A stretch of 29,467 nt of DNA. Origin: Clostridia bacterium. GTDB lineage: Bacteria > Bacillota > Clostridia > Oscillospirales > Butyricicoccaceae. Location of the stretch: contig JAFZPW010000120.1 in the NCBI GenBank assembly GCA_017552495.1, positions 1-29,467 of the forward strand, written 5' to 3'. The notes under the pieces are model-generated. The model was not told where the DNA came from. It saw only the letters and a program-made list of their open reading frames with translations, and ran no database searches. The position numbers and the translations under genes are program-made. Numbering within the stretch: position 1 is the stretch's first letter; each line of letters opens with the position of its first letter. Below are positions 15,189 through 24,921 of this stretch, piece after piece.

Positions 15189-16346
15189 ATGCTGCTGATT
15201 AAAAACGGACACATCAAAACCATGGCCGGTCCCGACATCGAAAACGGCTGCGTCCTCATTGGCGACGATGGAAAAATCGCCGCCGTGGGCAAAGCCGTCG
15301 CCTGTCCCGAGGGGGCGCAGGTCATCGACGCCCAGGGCCGTCTGGTGACCCCGGGCTGCGTAGAAGCGCACTGCCACATCGGTCTGGACAACGAGGGCAT
15401 GGGCTGGGAGGGCCACGATTACAACGAGATCGTGGACCCCATTACCCCGCAACTGCGCGCCATTGATTCCATCAACCCCATGGACGAGGCATTCGGCAAC
15501 GCCCTGCGGGGCGGCGTCACCACCGCCTGCACCGGCCCGGGCAGCGCCAATGTGGTAGGCGGCACCTTTGTCGCAGTCAAACTGGCGGGCAAGCGAGTGG
15601 ACGATATGATCGTCAAAGAGCCCCTGGCCATGAAATGCGCCTTCGGCGAGAATCCCAAGCGGTGCTATGGCCAGTCCAGCGGACACAAGGCCCCCATGAC
15701 TCGCATGGGCGTAGCCGCCCTTTTGCGGGAGCTTCTGTTCAAGACCCGCCGCTATCTGGAGGACAAGGAAGCGGGAAAAAATCCCGCCTTTGACATGAAG
15801 CTGGAGGCCATGATCCCCGTCCTCAAGGGCGAGATTCCCCTGAAGGCCCACGCCCACCGGCACGACGACATCCTCACCTCCATCCGCATCGCAAAGGAGT
15901 TCGGCGTGCGCCTGACGCTGGATCACTGTACCGACGGCGCCCTGATCGCCGGCGAACTGGCCGAAGAGGGCTTCCCCGCCTTCGTGGGTCCCACGCTGGG
16001 CGGCAAAAGCAAGATCGAGCTGCAAAACAAGAGTTTCGACACGCCGCGGGTGCTCTTTGAAGCCGGGGTGGACATCGCCATCATCACCGACGCGCCCGTC
16101 ATTCCTCTGCAAAATCTTCCTCTGTGCGCCGGGCTGGCCGCCAAAGCCGGCCTGCCCATAGAAGAGGCGTGGAAGGCCGTCACCATCAACGCCGCCCGTC
16201 TGACGGGCATCGACAGCCGCGTGGGCTCGCTGGAGCCCGGCAAGGACGGCGACGTGGTCATCTGGACTGCCGACCCGCTGGTCTATCTGGCCGGAGAGGC
16301 CGCTTGCACCGTGGTCAACGGCAAGGTGGTCTATCAGGCCGAATAA
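15189..16346 (+). CDS. Amidohydrolase family protein (imidazolonepropionase-like)
   Basis: TPGCVEAHCHIG (HxH), KAHAHR, LDHCTDG, ITDAPV, GSLEPGKDGDVVIW. Confidence 0.92.
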   Translation: MLLIKNGHIKTMAGPDIENGCVLIGDDGKIAAVGKAVACPEGAQVIDAQGRLVTPGCVEAHCHIGLDNEGMGWEGHDYNEIVDPITPQLRAIDSINPMDEAFGNALRGGVTTACTGPGSANVVGGTFVAVKLAGKRVDDMIVKEPLAMKCAFGENPKRCYGQSSGHKAPMTRMGVAALLRELLFKTRRYLEDKEAGKNPAFDMKLEAMIPVLKGEIPLKAHAHRHDDILTSIRIAKEFGVRLTLDHCTDGALIAGELAEEGFPAFVGPTLGGKSKIELQNKSFDTPRVLFEAGVDIAIITDAPVIPLQNLPLCAGLAAKAGLPIEEAWKAVTINAARLTGIDSRVGSLEPGKDGDVVIWTADPLVYLAGEAACTVVNGKVVYQAE

Positions 16347-16448
16347 TCGAACGTTCTTCCTCTTTTGACATTTGCCGACACCCCGTTCCTTTTGGAAACG
16401 GGGCGCTCGGCGTTGCCTGCAAACCAATGAAAAGGAGTGCTTCGCCCC

Positions 16449-19400
16449 ATGGATCTCCTCTCGCTTCCCCGATCGCTTCCCGACTACCAAAAGCTGCTCT
16501 CCGCCGCCCGGGAGGGACAGATCGCCTCGGTCTACGGCACCGCCCCGGTGCATCGGGCTCATTTGGCGGCGGCGCTGTGCGCCGATCTGCCCGGAAAGAC
16601 CTTTTGCGTCGTTTTCCGGGACGAGGCTGCCGCCCGCGCCTTTGCCGACGATCTGGCGGCCTTCGGCGGCCCAAAAGCCGCGATCCTGCCCTGCCGCGAG
16701 CCGGTATTTCACAACGCGGAAAGCGTTTCCGCCGGTTATTCCCAGCAGCGGCTGGCAGCGCTCCATGCTCTGCGTGCCGGCGCGTGCCGGGTGTTGTGCG
16801 CCCCGGCCGACGCGCTGATGCTGCACACGCTCCCCCCGGAAGCGCTGGAGAAGGCTTCCATTTCTCTTGCCGAAGGCGCGACTTTTGGGGTGGAGGAGCT
16901 GGCGGAACGGCTGGTGCTGGCGGGCTATACCCGCTGCGCCCAGGTGGAGGGCCCGGGCCAGTTTGCCCTGCGGGGCGGGATCCTGGATGTTTTTCCCGCC
17001 GGGGACGAAGCCCCCGTCCGCGCCGAGTTTTTCGGGGACGAGGTGGATTCTCTCAGTCGCTTCGACCCCATGAGCCAGCGGCGCACCCAGCGAATGGATT
17101 CAGCCGTTTTGCTCCCCGTGCGCGAGGTGCTGCCCCAACTGGCCGAGGGCGGGATCGACGGGCTTGTTGCCGCGCTGGAAAAACTGGCGGCGCGCAAAAA
17201 CTGTCCCGACGCGCTGCGGGCCAATCTCCGTGCCGACGCCGAGCAGCTTACTCAACTCCGCGCCCTGCCTGCCGCCGACCGCTATCTCTCGCTGATTTAT
17301 CCTCACGCCGCCACGGCCTTTACCTATCTCCCCGCAGACACGGTTTTTCTCTGCTGCGACACTCCCGCCGTGCTGGAATGTGCCGAAGGCGCCGCCCATC
17401 GGCAGGCCGAAACGCTGGAGCACCTGCTGTCCGAGGGCATTTTGCCCCCGTCGAAAACCGGCTATTCGCTGGACGAGCGGCAGTTCCGCGCCTCGCTGTC
17501 CGGCGCCGTTTTACAGTTCGACAGTTTCCTTTCCTCCTCCGATCTTGCGCCGCAGGTGCTTGTGTCTTTGCAGGCCAAGCAGCTCTCCGCCTCATCCGGC
17601 GGCTTTGAAAACCTGCTGCGGGACGTGAGCGATTATCTGCGCCTCCACTACACCGTCTATCTTCTGGCGGGCGGCGAGGCCCGGGCGCAAAGCCTTTGCC
17701 GACTGCTGGAGGAGCAGGAGATCCCCTTCGTCCGCTCGCCGGAGCAGGCCGCGCCCCGCCGGGTTTGCGTACTGCCTCAAGGGCTCAGCGCAGGTCTGGA
17801 ATACCCCGCTCTGCGGGCGGCCATCCTGTGCGAGGGACGCCCGGTCAGACGTAAGCAGGCGAAACGTCGCAGCAGCCGGGATCGGATCCAGAGTTTCGCC
17901 GACCTGCACCCCGGCGATCTGGTGGTTCATGAAAACCACGGCATCGGCCGCTTTGTGGGGGTGGAACGCATTCAGGTGGACCGGGTGTGGCGGGATTATA
18001 TCAAGATCGCCTATGCCGGAACGGATTTTATCTTTGTCCCCGCCACCGCGCTGGATCTGGTGAGCAAATACATCGGTACGGCAGAGACCGAAACCGTCCG
18101 TCTGGCCAAGCTGGGATCGGGCGCCTGGCAAAAAGCCAAGCAGCGGGCAAAAAAATCCGCCGCCGATCTGGCGGAACAACTTCTTAAACTCTATGCCGCC
18201 CGGCAAAAGGCCGCGGGCTATCCCTTCGCCCCCGATGACGACTGGCAGCGGGCCTTTGAAGAGGCCTTTCCTTATGAAGAAACCGAGGATCAGCTCCTCT
18301 GCGCCCAGGAGATCAAAAAGGACATGGAGCGCCCCGTCCCCATGGATCGTCTGCTCTGCGGGGACGTGGGCTTCGGCAAGACCGAGGTGGCCTTCCGCGC
18401 CATCATGAAATGTTTGCTGTCCAACAAGCAGGCCGCCGTTTTGGTGCCCACCACCGTGCTGGCCCGCCAGCATTATTTCAGCGCCATCGAACGGTTTTCC
18501 GGCTATCCTGTCAAGGTGGAGGTGATGAGCCGCCTCCGCACGCCAAAGCAGCAGCAGGAGATCGCCCGCCGGGTGAAAACCGGGCAGGTGGATCTTTTGA
18601 TCGGCACCCACCGCATTTTGCAAAAGGACGTTTCCTTCAAGGATCTGGGGCTTTTGGTAGTGGATGAGGAACAACGCTTCGGTGTGGCGCACAAGGAGCG
18701 CATCAAACAGATGGCCACGGGCATCGACGTACTCACCCTGACGGCTACGCCTATCCCCCGCACCCTGAATATGGCGCTTTCCGGCATCCGGGATATGAGC
18801 GTTCTGGAGGAGGCCCCCATGGGCCGCCAACCGGTGCAGACCTTTGTTCTGGAGCAGAACGACGCCGTTTTGCGGGACGCCATTCGGCGGGAGCTTTCCC
18901 GGGGCGGGCAGGTCTATTATCTTCACAATCGCATTGAGGATATCAGCCGCATCGCGGCGCGGCTCCAGTCCGACTTCCCCGGCACCGCTATCGCCGTGGC
19001 TCACGGGCGCATGAGCGAAGAGGAGATGAGCGACGTGATGATCCGTTTTTATCAGGGCGAGATCTCCATTCTGGTCTGCACCACCATCATCGAAACCGGC
19101 ATCGACGTGCCCAATGTCAACACCCTCATCGTGGAAGACGCCGACCGGATGGGCCTTGCCCAACTTCATCAGCTCCGGGGCCGGGTGGGCCGCTCCAGCC
19201 GCCACGCCTACGCCTATCTCACCTACCGCCGGGGCAAGGCGCTCAGCGAGGTGTCGCAAAAGCGCCTCTCCGCCATCCGCGAGTTTGCCGAGTTCGGCTC
19301 GGGCTTCAAGATCGCCATGCGGGATTTGGAGATTCGGGGCGCGGGCAGCGTGCTGGGCGCCGAACAGAGCGGCCACATGATGGATGTTGGCTATGACCTC

Positions 19401-19904
19401 TATCTCCAGCTTTTGAGCGAGGCCACCGCCGAACTGCGGGGTGAGGCTCCCGTCCGCCGAACCGACTGCGCCGCCGACCTGCTGGTGTCGGCCGGCCTGC
19501 CTCAGAACTATGTTTCCGACGCCGCCACCCGCGTGGATCTTTACCGCCGCATCGCCATGATCGCCTCCGCCGACGATCTGCAGGATATGACCGACGAGCT
19601 CATCGACCGCTTCGGTGATCCTCCCGCCTCGGCCATGGCGCTTTTGGAGATCGCCCTGCTGCGGGCCGACGCCTCCCGGGCCGGAATTTTTGAGATCACC
19701 CAGAAAAACGGCGCACTGCTGCTCTATTTCCGTGCCGAAACGCTTAAGCGGGCCGCCGCCGTCTGCGCCGAGCCCTCGCTGCGGGGACGGATTTTCCTTT
19801 CCGCCGGCGACAAACCCTATATCACCCTCAAGCTGCGCCCCATCGACGATCCGCTTAAGCAGGCAAAGGCCGTGGTGGCGCTTTACACCGCCGCCGAAAC
19901 GTGA
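16449..19904 (+). CDS. mfd: Transcription-repair coupling factor
   Basis: UvrB-like N-terminus (FALRGGILDVFP), RID (GDLVVHENHGIGRF), CGDVGFGKTEVA, VDEEQRFGV, QLHQLRGRVGRS, TRG motif; AAGGAG RBS favours ATG 16449 (ORF track opens at GTG 16437). Confidence 0.97.
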   Translation: MDLLSLPRSLPDYQKLLSAAREGQIASVYGTAPVHRAHLAAALCADLPGKTFCVVFRDEAAARAFADDLAAFGGPKAAILPCREPVFHNAESVSAGYSQQRLAALHALRAGACRVLCAPADALMLHTLPPEALEKASISLAEGATFGVEELAERLVLAGYTRCAQVEGPGQFALRGGILDVFPAGDEAPVRAEFFGDEVDSLSRFDPMSQRRTQRMDSAVLLPVREVLPQLAEGGIDGLVAALEKLAARKNCPDALRANLRADAEQLTQLRALPAADRYLSLIYPHAATAFTYLPADTVFLCCDTPAVLECAEGAAHRQAETLEHLLSEGILPPSKTGYSLDERQFRASLSGAVLQFDSFLSSSDLAPQVLVSLQAKQLSASSGGFENLLRDVSDYLRLHYTVYLLAGGEARAQSLCRLLEEQEIPFVRSPEQAAPRRVCVLPQGLSAGLEYPALRAAILCEGRPVRRKQAKRRSSRDRIQSFADLHPGDLVVHENHGIGRFVGVERIQVDRVWRDYIKIAYAGTDFIFVPATALDLVSKYIGTAETETVRLAKLGSGAWQKAKQRAKKSAADLAEQLLKLYAARQKAAGYPFAPDDDWQRAFEEAFPYEETEDQLLCAQEIKKDMERPVPMDRLLCGDVGFGKTEVAFRAIMKCLLSNKQAAVLVPTTVLARQHYFSAIERFSGYPVKVEVMSRLRTPKQQQEIARRVKTGQVDLLIGTHRILQKDVSFKDLGLLVVDEEQRFGVAHKERIKQMATGIDVLTLTATPIPRTLNMALSGIRDMSVLEEAPMGRQPVQTFVLEQNDAVLRDAIRRELSRGGQVYYLHNRIEDISRIAARLQSDFPGTAIAVAHGRMSEEEMSDVMIRFYQGEISILVCTTIIETGIDVPNVNTLIVEDADRMGLAQLHQLRGRVGRSSRHAYAYLTYRRGKALSEVSQKRLSAIREFAEFGSGFKIAMRDLEIRGAGSVLGAEQSGHMMDVGYDLYLQLLSEATAELRGEAPVRRTDCAADLLVSAGLPQNYVSDAATRVDLYRRIAMIASADDLQDMTDELIDRFGDPPASAMALLEIALLRADASRAGIFEITQKNGALLLYFRAETLKRAAAVCAEPSLRGRIFLSAGDKPYITLKLRPIDDPLKQAKAVVALYTAAET

Positions 19905-19965
19905 TATGATAAGGCAAACGTTTCCTCCGGGAGATTGTTTCAAACGTTTGACAAGGAGCTTCTTC

Positions 19966-20946
19966 ATGAAAAAAATCCTTTCCCTCCTCTTCTGTGCCGC
20001 GCTTCTGTCCGCGCTTTTTGCGGGCTGCAGCCCCAGTCCCACCGCCGTCACCGTAGGCGGACGCAAGGTGGACGCTGCGGAATACGCCTTTTATCTCAGT
20101 TACAACCGCATCCGTTCCGGCGAGCCCTCGGGCACCATCCTCCACAGCGCGGAGGGCACCGCCCGCGCCCGGGAGGCCGCGCTGGAGCAGATCGTCACCA
20201 ACGAGGTGGTGCGTCTCAAGTGCGCCGAGCTGGGGCTGCGCCTTTCCGACGAGACCCGGCGCCAGCTTTCCGAAGAAAAGGCCTCGCTCATCGAATCGCT
20301 GGGCGGCAAGGCCGCCTATCTGGACTATCTGAAGCAGGCCAATCTCACCGACCGTTCCTATGACAAGCTGGCGGAAAACGAAGCGTGGTACAACCTGCTT
20401 TACGACCACATGCAGGAGGAAGGCCGCCGGTATTACACCGACGAAAAGCTGCGGCAATATTTTGCCCAGCACTACGCCACCGTGAAATACATCTTTTTCA
20501 CCATGCTGGACAACGAAGGCGAACTCCTCCCCCAAGAGGAGCGGCAGCAAAAGCGGATCCTGGCCGAATCCGTTCTGGAGCAGGCACAGGCTCCCGACGC
20601 CGATTTTGATGCGCTGATGGCCCAGTATAACGAGGATCCCGCCATGACCGTCGGCTTCCCGGTGGGCGAGCTGGAGGCCGCCAGCACCTATTATCTCACC
20701 ACGCTCTTTTCCCTGGAGGAAAACCAGGTGAGCGAGCTGCTCGTGCAGCAGGACGGCTGGTATATCCTCAAACGCTGCCCCGTTTCGGCCACGGTTTACG
20801 ACGAAAATCAGCAGGACATCGCCGACGCCGCGCTGGACTGGCGCTTTGACCAGACGTTGCAGCAGTGGAAAACGGAATACTCCGTCACCGTTCACGCCGT
20901 GGTAGACAAGATCGACCTGAACAATCTGTCTGACTATGTAAAATGA
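19966..20946 (+). CDS. PrsA/SurA-like foldase lipoprotein (parvulin-like domain)
   Basis: Lipoprotein signal MKKILSLLFCAALLSALFAG-C; SurA_N-like region; FDALMAQYNEDP and LFSLEENQVSELL..DGWYILKR parvulin-like core; conserved position after mfd. Confidence 0.8.
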   Translation: MKKILSLLFCAALLSALFAGCSPSPTAVTVGGRKVDAAEYAFYLSYNRIRSGEPSGTILHSAEGTARAREAALEQIVTNEVVRLKCAELGLRLSDETRRQLSEEKASLIESLGGKAAYLDYLKQANLTDRSYDKLAENEAWYNLLYDHMQEEGRRYYTDEKLRQYFAQHYATVKYIFFTMLDNEGELLPQEERQQKRILAESVLEQAQAPDADFDALMAQYNEDPAMTVGFPVGELEAASTYYLTTLFSLEENQVSELLVQQDGWYILKRCPVSATVYDENQQDIADAALDWRFDQTLQQWKTEYSVTVHAVVDKIDLNNLSDYVK

Positions 20947-20955
20947 CCCATATCG

Positions 20956-20992
20956 AAAAAACGCCCCGATCCGGCTTGCCGGATCGGGCGTC
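20956..20992. terminator. Terminator-like hairpin after the prsA-like gene
   Basis: ACGCCC(C)GATCCGGC / GCCGGATCGGGCGT stem with an upstream A-tract. Confidence 0.65.
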
Positions 20993-21156
20993 TGCAAAAG
21001 GCCCGTTTCTTGCTGTATCCCACGGCATATGCTGTAATAACACCGCCGTTGCCGGGACCCGGAAATCAAAAAAGGGGCGCTCTGCATAGAAAAACGAATC
21101 GCGCACAGAGGGCGGCGAGATCTGACCCTCCGAATTACAACATGGAGGAGTTCCCT

Positions 21157-21645
21157 ATGCTCAAACTCACGGAAGTAACCGAAGAAAACTGGCTGGACAT
21201 CCGCGCCTTGTCTGTGGACGACAGTCAGAAGTCCTTTCTCGACAGTGCCGTCGGCATCCTGGCGAGAGGCTATGTTTACCGCTTTTGCCGCGCCAGAGTC
21301 ATCGGGATCGCCAGCGATGACGTCATCGTCGGCATCGCGCTGGTGCGGGATCTGGACGACGAGCCCGCCTGTTATGATTTACAGCAGTTCCTGATCGGCC
21401 GGCAGTATCAGGGGCGGGGATACGGCACAGCCGCCCTGCGCATGATCCTTTCCGTGCTGGAGCAGGAACGGAAATACGACTGTGTGGAGGTCTGTGTCAA
21501 AAAAGACGACGCCGCCGCCCTTCGAGTTTACGAAAAGGCGGGATTTACCGATACCGGCTATGTGGACAAAGACGCGCCGGATTCCCGGAATCTGATGTAT
21601 TTTTTTCAAAAAACCCAGCCAGATCGTGCGGATGCGCGGAATTGA
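21157..21645 (+). CDS. GNAT family N-acetyltransferase (spermidine/diamine acetyltransferase-like)
   Basis: MLKLTEVTEENWLDIRALSV; FLIGRQYQGRGYGTAAL acetyl-CoA motif A; AALRVYEKAGF motif B; GGAGGAG RBS. Confidence 0.9.
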   Translation: MLKLTEVTEENWLDIRALSVDDSQKSFLDSAVGILARGYVYRFCRARVIGIASDDVIVGIALVRDLDDEPACYDLQQFLIGRQYQGRGYGTAALRMILSVLEQERKYDCVEVCVKKDDAAALRVYEKAGFTDTGYVDKDAPDSRNLMYFFQKTQPDRADARN

Positions 21646-21748
21646 AGCCGAACAAGCGGCGCGCCGGTCGATCTTTTTGTTTCCACTGTAGGGGTATGTG
21701 TGGGTATGAACATAAGGTTCCTCACGCCTTCGGCATGTTGAATTCCGT

Positions 21749-24136
21749 TTATTCCGCGCTCTTGAGCGCTTCCACCATGTCGATCTTCCGGTTTTTGCGC
21801 GCCAGCATCCAACCGACGAACAGCGAAACGCCGAAGGTCAAAACCACGGACACGGCATAGGTCAAAGGCCCAAGCATGAGCTTTCGCTCATATTCCGAGG
21901 CCAACGCCCACAGCAGCCAGTGCAAAACGCCCACGCCAGCGGGAAGGCCGAGAATAACGCCGATCACGGTCAGCCAGATATTCTGGGTAATCAGCAGCCG
22001 GCCGATCTTCCGGCTTCGGAAGCCGAGCACCTTTAGCGTGGCAAGCTCGCGGGAACGCTCCACATAACGCATAACCCCCAAATTATATAACACCACAATG
22101 CCAAGTATCACCGCGGCGATGACAAGGATAAACACCATGCCGTCCATGATCTGGGTGAAGCTTTTGAAGCTGTCCATCAATTGGCCCTTGTCCTGTTTGC
22201 CTGCAATCAGCTCCGAGGACGGGATATCAGCGGATGCCCGCTCTGTATAAATGGCGGAAACGCTGTAATCGATGCCCAATTCATCGGCGAGCGCGTCGCT
22301 CATGGTGATGCATTCGGTCATAATGGAGCGGTGATAGCCAAGCACCTTTACCCGATAGCTGTCCTCGCTGCCATAGGGCGAAAACTCGATATACTCCCCA
22401 ATTCTTGCCCTGTCGGCCAGCCGCAGGCAGAGATACACGCCGTCATGACGCAGCGCCATCGGCTGATTATCCTCATCTATAACGCTGAAGCGGCCTTTGT
22501 CGTTGTGGACGATATTCAGCGTTGCGGTATAACCGCCGACGCTGATGCCTGAATTGCTCTCCCAGTCGCCGTCAAGCGCCGCGATCAAATCGGCGGCGTC
22601 TGCCTGCGTTGTGTTTTCCATGAGATTGACCTTTGTCGTGTAGTGGGATATGCCGTTGTCCAACAGATCCAAAAACCCCGCCATGGTATCGCGCATCCCG
22701 AGTCCGCCTACCAGAAGGACCATGCAGCCGACGATTCCGACGAGGGTCATGGCAAAACGACTCTTGTGACGCAACAGATCCCGGATGTTCCACTTTGTGG
22801 AAAAGCGCAATCGTTCAAAGAATGGGAAACGCTCCAAAAAACTCTTCTTCATCGTTTTCGGCGCATAGGGCCGGAGCGCGTCAGCCGTCGTTCCTTTCAA
22901 CTGGGCGCGTACCGAAAGAAAACTGATAAGCGAGAGCAAAAGAACGGCGCCAACCATGACGGGATAGCAAAACGCGGGGGTCGCCACCGACCAGTCCGGC
23001 ATATCGAAATAGGTGCCCATCATGCCGTTCTCGCTCATGACCGCTTTACAGACAAAGACGCCCAGCACAGCTCCCAGCGCCGTGCCGACCGCGCCGATCA
23101 ACAGACCATAACAGGAGTAATGCAGCAAAATCGTCCGGTTTTTGAATCCCAGCGCCTTCAATATGCCGATCTGTGTTTTCTCCTTGGTGGCGATGCGATG
23201 CATCGTGGTCACCATGGTGAGTACGGCGATGGCGAGAAAGAGCACCGGCAAAATGGAGCCCATGGCCTTTCCTTCGTCCGCCTCTCCCATGGCCTGCTTG
23301 TAGACCACATGATCCGTTTTCGGAACAACCATCAGCGTTTTGCCCAGCGCGTCCTTGACCGCGTCCTCCAGATCCGCTTTTTCCAAGCCGGAACAGAGGT
23401 TGACTTGCGAAAATGCCTTGTCGGCGGCCTGCTCCAGTACCGCTTCCGTTATCATCGCCTCCGCCTGCGTCTTCACGGTTTCTTCCGGAAGTCCGGCGTT
23501 TCGCAGCTCTTCGGAAACAGTTTGAACGGTTTTTTCTTTCAAAACGGCTTTCAGTTTGGCCGGAGAGATATAAGCATAGCCAAAGGTCGTATAGTCCGGC
23601 ATGAGTTGATTGCTGTCGGCCAGACAGATCATGTGCTCGCCGGCTTTGATCAGGCCGACGATCTCCCCGGTAATTTCCAGCCCTTGAAATTCCAGGGTCA
23701 GCGTATCTCCCAGGGAAAAGCCATTTGTTTTGGCAAACTGATCGGACAGCCAAATGCCGTCGCCGCGTTCGTCATAGCCCGCGCCGTCCATCAGCACAAA
23801 GGTTGAAACGCTGTAATTCTCCGAAACGTCAAGCGCCAGCGCCTTTTTGCCGCCGCCCCTGATTTCAAGATTGACCGAAAGAAAGCGGGTGGCCGCCTCC
23901 ACCCCGTCGATGGCGGCAATTTTCTCGAAATCATCTTTTGTAAAGCCTCCCTCGGCGTAGAGGCGGTAATCGGCGTAGTTGGTGTCCGCAAAAAAGCGCG
24001 AGACGTCGTATTCGATGGTGCGCCATTCCATATTGAAGCCGAGAAAAATTCCAATGCCCATCGTCATCATAATGACCATGGAAATAAACTGAGCTTTATA
24101 GCTCCACGCGGTACGCAGCAGTTTTCTGAAAAGCAT
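21749..24136 (-). CDS. ABC transporter permease (FtsX/MacB-like, duplicated)
   Basis: Two FtsX-type modules: EKTQIGILKALGFKNRTI and ERSRELATLKVLGFRSRKI; start ATG overlaps the upstream gene's TGA (TGATG). Confidence 0.92.
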   Translation of the reverse strand: MLFRKLLRTAWSYKAQFISMVIMMTMGIGIFLGFNMEWRTIEYDVSRFFADTNYADYRLYAEGGFTKDDFEKIAAIDGVEAATRFLSVNLEIRGGGKKALALDVSENYSVSTFVLMDGAGYDERGDGIWLSDQFAKTNGFSLGDTLTLEFQGLEITGEIVGLIKAGEHMICLADSNQLMPDYTTFGYAYISPAKLKAVLKEKTVQTVSEELRNAGLPEETVKTQAEAMITEAVLEQAADKAFSQVNLCSGLEKADLEDAVKDALGKTLMVVPKTDHVVYKQAMGEADEGKAMGSILPVLFLAIAVLTMVTTMHRIATKEKTQIGILKALGFKNRTILLHYSCYGLLIGAVGTALGAVLGVFVCKAVMSENGMMGTYFDMPDWSVATPAFCYPVMVGAVLLLSLISFLSVRAQLKGTTADALRPYAPKTMKKSFLERFPFFERLRFSTKWNIRDLLRHKSRFAMTLVGIVGCMVLLVGGLGMRDTMAGFLDLLDNGISHYTTKVNLMENTTQADAADLIAALDGDWESNSGISVGGYTATLNIVHNDKGRFSVIDEDNQPMALRHDGVYLCLRLADRARIGEYIEFSPYGSEDSYRVKVLGYHRSIMTECITMSDALADELGIDYSVSAIYTERASADIPSSELIAGKQDKGQLMDSFKSFTQIMDGMVFILVIAAVILGIVVLYNLGVMRYVERSRELATLKVLGFRSRKIGRLLITQNIWLTVIGVILGLPAGVGVLHWLLWALASEYERKLMLGPLTYAVSVVLTFGVSLFVGWMLARKNRKIDMVEALKSAE

Positions 24137-24838
24137 CACCACTCCACCTCGTCTGCGGAAAGGGGATTCTCCTGCTCCTCCATGGAGTGGATCTTTCCGT
24201 TCTTAACGCGGATCACCAGATCCGCCATTTTTGCGATATTTTGATTGTGGGTAACGATCACGATGGTCTTTCCGCCCTTTTTCGCCATCTCCAGCAGCAG
24301 TTTGAGCACCATCACGCCGGTCTCGGAGTCCAGCGCCCCCGTCGGCTCGTCGCAAAGCAGAATTTTTGGATTTTTTGCAGAGGGCGCGGGCGATGGAGAT
24401 GCGCTGCTGCTCGCCGCCGGAGAGTTCGGAGGGGAAGTTGTTTTTATGATCCAGCAACCCGACCCTGCCGATCATCTCCGCGGCGTCCAGGGCATTTGGA
24501 GAGATTTCGGAAACCAGCTTTACATTTTCGTACACCGTCAGCGTCGGGATGAGATTATAAAACTGGAACACAAAGCCCACCGTGGATGCCCGATAGTCGG
24601 CAAGTTCGTTGTCGGAAAGCTGCGAGATGTCGGCGCCCGCGACGGTGATCGTGCCCTCGCTGGGGCTGTCGAGCCCGCCCAGCAGATTCAGCAACGTGCT
24701 TTTCCCGGCGCCGGAGGGCCCCAGAATGACCACGAATTTCCCCTCATCCAAGGCAAAGCTCACCCGATCCAGCGCACGGAGCTCATGATCGCCGCTGGTA
24801 TAGATTTTAGACACGTTTTCAAATTGAACGATTGACAT
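24136..24838 (-). pseudogene. ABC transporter ATP-binding protein (LolD/MacB-like) with a +1 frameshift in an A6 run
   Basis: GPSGAGKST, LSGGEQQR; the frame breaks at TGC AAA AAA TCC (plus-strand T6 24371-24376); removing one A restores CKNPKILLCDEPTGALD...VTHN to TGA at 24136 (233 aa). Confidence 0.88.
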
Positions 24839-24921
24839 AGGATCCTCCTTTGACTGTTGTTTTTTTTCGGGGCAAGGGAAGTCGGAAACGCTCGTTCCAC
24901 ACCAAAACAGGCAAAACACAT

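Noticed and set aside
17592-20066. 824-aa minus-strand ORF, and similar long antisense ORFs at 5434-7326, 9072-10683, 14967-16826 and 19855-21087
   Set aside because: All lie opposite well-supported genes (mfd, cls, rarA/SDR, amidohydrolase, prsA-like) and lack motifs or RBSs.
21606-21707. Short minus-strand ORF MFIPTHTPTVETKRSTG... with a GAGGA RBS after the permease
   Set aside because: Overlaps the 3' end of the GNAT gene and has no recognisable features; may be a remnant but cannot be supported.
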